Assembly (NCBI GenBank): GCA_002269645.1
Contig: NIVC01000436.1
Location: forward strand, 124,001 to 188,000
Origin: Macrostomum lignano
Taxonomy: Eukaryota
Length of the DNA stretch: 64,000 nt
Direction: 5' to 3'
Both the position numbers and the translations under genes were made by a program. Below the pieces are notes generated by a model that had not been told where the DNA came from, did not search any database, and saw nothing but the letters and a program-made list of their open reading frames with translations. This document shows positions 60,101 through 64,000 of the stretch, piece by piece (position 1 is the first letter of the stretch; every line of letters begins with the position of its first letter).

Positions 60101-63100
60101 TTAGTGTCTGATAATGGATTAGTGTCTAGTAATGGATTAGTGTCTAGTAGTGGATTAGTGTCTGATAATGGATTAGTGTGTAGTAATGGATTAGTGTCTA
60201 GTAGTGGATTAGTGTCTGATAATGGATTAGTGTCTAGTAATGGATTAGTGTCTAGTAGTGGATTAGTGTCTGATAATGGATTAGTGTCTGATAATGGATT
60301 AGTGTGTAGTAATGAATTAGTGTCTGATAATGGATTAGTGTCTGATAATGGATTAGTGTCTGGTAATGGATTAGTGTCTAGTAATGGATTAGTGTCTAGT
60401 AGTGGATTAGTGTCTGATAATGGATTAGTGTCTGATAATGGATTAGTGTCTGGTAATGGATTAGTGTCTAGTAATGGATTAGTGTCTAGTAGTGGATTAG
60501 TGTCTGATAATGGATTAGTGTCTGATAATGGATTAGTGTCTGATAATGGATTAGTGTCTGATAATGGATTAGTGTCTGATAATGGATTAGTGTCTGGTAA
60601 TGAATTAGTGTCTGATAATGGATTAGTGTCTGATAATGGATTAGTGTCTGGTAATGGATTAGTGTCTGATAATGGATTAGTGTCTAGTAATGGATTAGTG
60701 TCTGATAATGGATTAGTGTCTGATAATGGATTAGTGTGTAGTAATGGATTAGTGTCTAGTAATGGATTAGTGTCTAGTAATGGATTAGTGTCTAGTAGTG
60801 GATTAGTGTCTGATAATGGATTAGTGTCTAGTAATGGATTAGTGTCTAGTAATGGATTAGTTTCTAGTAATGGATTAGTGTCTGATAATGGATTAGTGTG
60901 TAGTAATGGATTAGTGTCTGATAATGGATTAGTGTCTGATAATGGATTAGTGTCTGGTAATGAATTAGTGTCTTATAATGGATTAGTGTCTGATAATGGA
61001 TTAGTGTCTGATAATGGATTAGTGTCTGATAATGGATTAGTGTCTAGTAATGGATTAGTGTCTGATAATGGATTAGTGTCTGATAATGGATTAGTGTCTG
61101 ATAATGGATTAGTGTCTGATAATGGATTAGTGTCTAGTAATGGATTAGTGTCTAGTAATGGATTAGTGTCTAGTAGTGGATTAGTGTCTGATAATGGATT
61201 AGTGTGTGGTAATGGATTAGTGTCTAGTAATGGATTAGTGTCTGGTAATGGATTAGTGTCTAGTAATGGATTAGTGTCTGATAATGGATTAGTGTGTAGT
61301 AATGGATTAGTGTCTGATAATGGATTAGTGTCTAGTAATGGATTAGTGTCTGATAATGGATTAGTGTCTAGTAATGGATTAGTGTCTGATAATGGATTAG
61401 TGTCTGATAATGGATTAGTGTCTAGTAGTGGATTAGTGTCTGATAATGGATTAGTGTCTAGTAATGGATTAGTGTCTGATAATGGATTAGTGTCTGATAA
61501 TGGATTAGTGTCTGATAATGGATTAGTGTCTAGTAATGGATTAGTGTCTGATAATGGATTAGTGTCTGATAATGGATTAGTGTCTGATAATGGATTAGTG
61601 TGTAGTAATGGATTAGTGTCTAGTAATGGATTAGTGTCTAGTAATGGATTAGTGTCTAGTAGTGGATTAGTGTCTGATAATGGATTAGTGTATAGTAATG
61701 GATTAGTGTCTAGTAGTGGATTAGTGTCTGATAATGGATTAGTGTCTGATAATGGATTAGTGTCTGATAATGGATTAGTGTCTGATAATGGATTAGTGTC
61801 TGATAATGGATTAGTGTGTAGTAATGGATTAGTGTCTAGTAATGGATTAGTGTCTAGTAATGGATTAGTGTCTAGTAATGGATTAGTGTCTAGTAATGGA
61901 TTAGTGTCTAGTAATGGATTAGTGTCTGATAATGGATTAGTGTCTGATAATGGATTAGTGTGTAGTAATGGATTAGTGTCTAGTAATGGATTAGTGTCTA
62001 GTAATGGATTAGTGTCTAGTAATGGATTAGTGTCTAGTAATGGATTAGTGTCTAGTAATGGATTAGTGTCTGATAATGGATTAGTGTCTAGTAATGGATT
62101 AGTGTCTGATAATGGATTAGTGTCTGATAATGGATTAGTGTCTGGTAATGAATTAGTGTCTGATAATGGATTAGTGTCTGATAATGGATTAGTGTCTAGT
62201 AATGGATTAGTGTCTGATAATGGATTAGTGTCTGATAATGGATTAGTGTCTGATAATGGATTAGTGTGTAGTAATGGATTAGTGTCTAGTAATGGATTAG
62301 TGTCTAGTAATGGATTAGTGTCTGATAATAGATTAGTGTCTGATAATGGATTAGTGTCTGGTAATGAATTAGTGTCTTATAATGGATTAGTGTCTGATAA
62401 TGGATTAGTGTCTAGTAATGGATTAGTGTCTAGTAGTGGATTAGTGTCTGATAATGGATTAGTGTCTGATAATGGATTAGTGTCTAGTAATGGATTAGTG
62501 TCTAGTAATGGATTAGTGTCTGATAATGGATTAGTGTGTAGTAATGGATTAGTGTCTAGTAGTGGATTAGTGTCTGATAATGGATTAGTGTCTAGTAATG
62601 GATTAGTGTCTAGTAGTGGATTAGTGTCTGATAATGGATTAGTGTCTAGTAGTGGATTAGTGTCTGATAATGGATTAGTGTCTAGTAATGGATTAGTGTC
62701 TAGTAGTGGATTAGTGTCTGATAATGGATTAGTGTCTAGTAATGGATTAGTGTCTAGTAGTGGATTAGTGTCTGATAATGGATTAGTGTCTAGTAATGGA
62801 TTAGTGTCTAGTAGTGGATTAGTGTCTGATAATGGATTAGTGTCTAGTAATGGATTAGTGTCTGGTAATGGATTAGTGTCTGATAATGGATTAGTGTCTG
62901 GTAATGGATTAGTGTCTAGTAATGGATTAGTGTCTGATAATGGATTAGTGTGTGGTAATGGATTAGTGTCTGATAATGGATTAGTGTCTGGTAATGGATT
63001 AGTGTCTAGTAATGGATTAGTGTCTGATAATGGATTAGTGTCTAGTAATGGATTAGTGTCTGATAATGGATTAGTGTCTAGTAATGGATTAGTGTCTAGT

Positions 63101-64000
63101 AATGGATTAGTGTCTGATAATGGATTAGTGTCTGGTAATGGATTAGTGTCTGGTAATGAATTAGTGTCTGATAATGGATTAGTGTCTGATAATGGATTAG
63201 TGTCTAGTAATGGATTAGTGTCTGATAATGGATTAGTGTCTGATAATGGATTAGTGTCTAGTAATGGATTAGTGTGTAGTAATGGATTAGTGTCTAGTAA
63301 TGGATTAGTGTCAGATGATGGATTAGTGTCTGGTAATGAATAAGTGTGATATTTTATTATTTGGCGTCGTGATTTAGTTAGGAATTGTTTGAGATAGATT
63401 TTTGTCAGATGTATTATAGTATTGCTGTCTTTGCAGTATCTTATTCTGCCAAATTTGTACCACTTCACAGCCATCCAAGCGAGTCTACGTGACACCCTCT
63501 CGGGTTGAAGAGCTGCACAGGTGCTACTGGCACGAGGGCAAGGTGAAAAAAGTTATCCCTGTCACTTTCCAGAATCCCAATTCTATTGGTTAGAATTCCA
63601 ATACCATACATTAGAATCCCAATCCCATAGATTAGAATCCCAATCCGATACATTAGAATTCCAATCCCATAGATTAGAATTCCAATCCCATAGATTAGAA
63701 TTCCAATCCCATAGATTAGAATCCCAATCCGATACATTAGAATCCCAATCCCATACATTAGAATCTCAATCCCATAGATAGAATCCCAATCCCATAGATT
63801 AGAATCCCAATTCCATAGATTAGAATCCCAATCCCAGACATTAGAATCCCAATCCCATAGATTGAGTTCGAAATCCCCAAAATCGCATCTACATCACAAG
63901 CCCCGCATCAACACCCGAACCACAGGTGATGTCGGAACTTCCCAATCTGGAGTCCATCCGAGAGCACGCCGCCGCTTCCCTTGTGACTCTGCGCACGGAT
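51119..64000 (+). CDS. NAPRT: Nicotinate phosphoribosyltransferase (3' end beyond the window)
   Basis: Exons 51119-51155, 51256-51426, 52038-52689, 54896-55036, 55600-55954, 63471-63542, 63926-(64000); all GT-AG with consistent phases. Motifs: [95 protein letters not shown]. Confidence 0.96.
51545..51915. repeat. 16-bp array with alternating A/B variants (GAGCTTATCAATTATC / GAGCTTATCAATTGTT), NAPRT intron 2
   Basis: Direct reading; mostly a 32-bp dimer. Confidence 0.93.
52775..53620. repeat. 20-bp purine array (GGGAGAGTGAGAGGGAGATG), NAPRT intron 3, split by ~135 bp of unique DNA
   Basis: Direct reading; interruption at about 53262-53400. Confidence 0.92.
55105..55590. repeat. 29-bp array (AATCCCATT[C/G]AGCTACAACAGAAATCCCA), NAPRT intron 4
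   Basis: Period of 29 (55441, 55470); ends at the 3' splice region. Confidence 0.93.
55967..63341. repeat. 7.4-kb 18-bp minisatellite (GATAATGGATTAGTGTCT), about 410 units, NAPRT intron 5
   Basis: Phase-perfect 18-mer with a small set of substitution variants and no indels seen. Confidence 0.99.
63580..63865. repeat. 21-bp array (TTAGAATCCCAATCCCATAGA), NAPRT intron 6
   Basis: About 13 copies. Confidence 0.92.

Noticed and set aside
62377-63495. Antisense DTNPLS-repeat ORF
   Set aside because: Reverse reading of the 18-mer array, interrupted by stop variants and overlapping NAPRT exon 6.

Overview
Eukaryotic (metazoan) genomic DNA with spliceosomal introns, not prokaryotic. I assembled four multi-exon genes by hand from GT/GC-AG junctions and protein motifs. 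They are a minus-strand MFS transporter (4130-10702, 7 exons, one apparent homopolymer frameshift), a divergent classical dynamin head-to-head with it (11925-25177, 13 exons, 820 aa, one GC-AG intron), a strongly divergent Hedgehog (31841-36368, 3 exons, 441 aa), and nicotinate phosphoribosyltransferase (51119 to beyond the window end). A possible membrane-protein exon lies at 103-447. Mobile DNA includes a tRNA/CORE-type SINE, a hAT-type MITE with an 8-bp TSD, and decayed non-LTR retrotransposons (I/ingi-like with RNase H, and RTE-like). About 20 of the 26 introns carry their own tandem array, up to a 7.4-kb 18-mer. This architecture resembles the flatworm Macrostomum, but that assignment is inference only. 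The most interesting signals are: (1) a Hedgehog that keeps its Zn site but has lost the Ca-binding acidic residues and the cholesterol-activating Asp; (2) complementary minisatellite pairs bracketing individual exons; (3) intronic arrays built from splice-signal-like units; (4) A/C-rich 3' splice sites without a U-rich tract. Most ORFs in the supplied track are translations of repeats.
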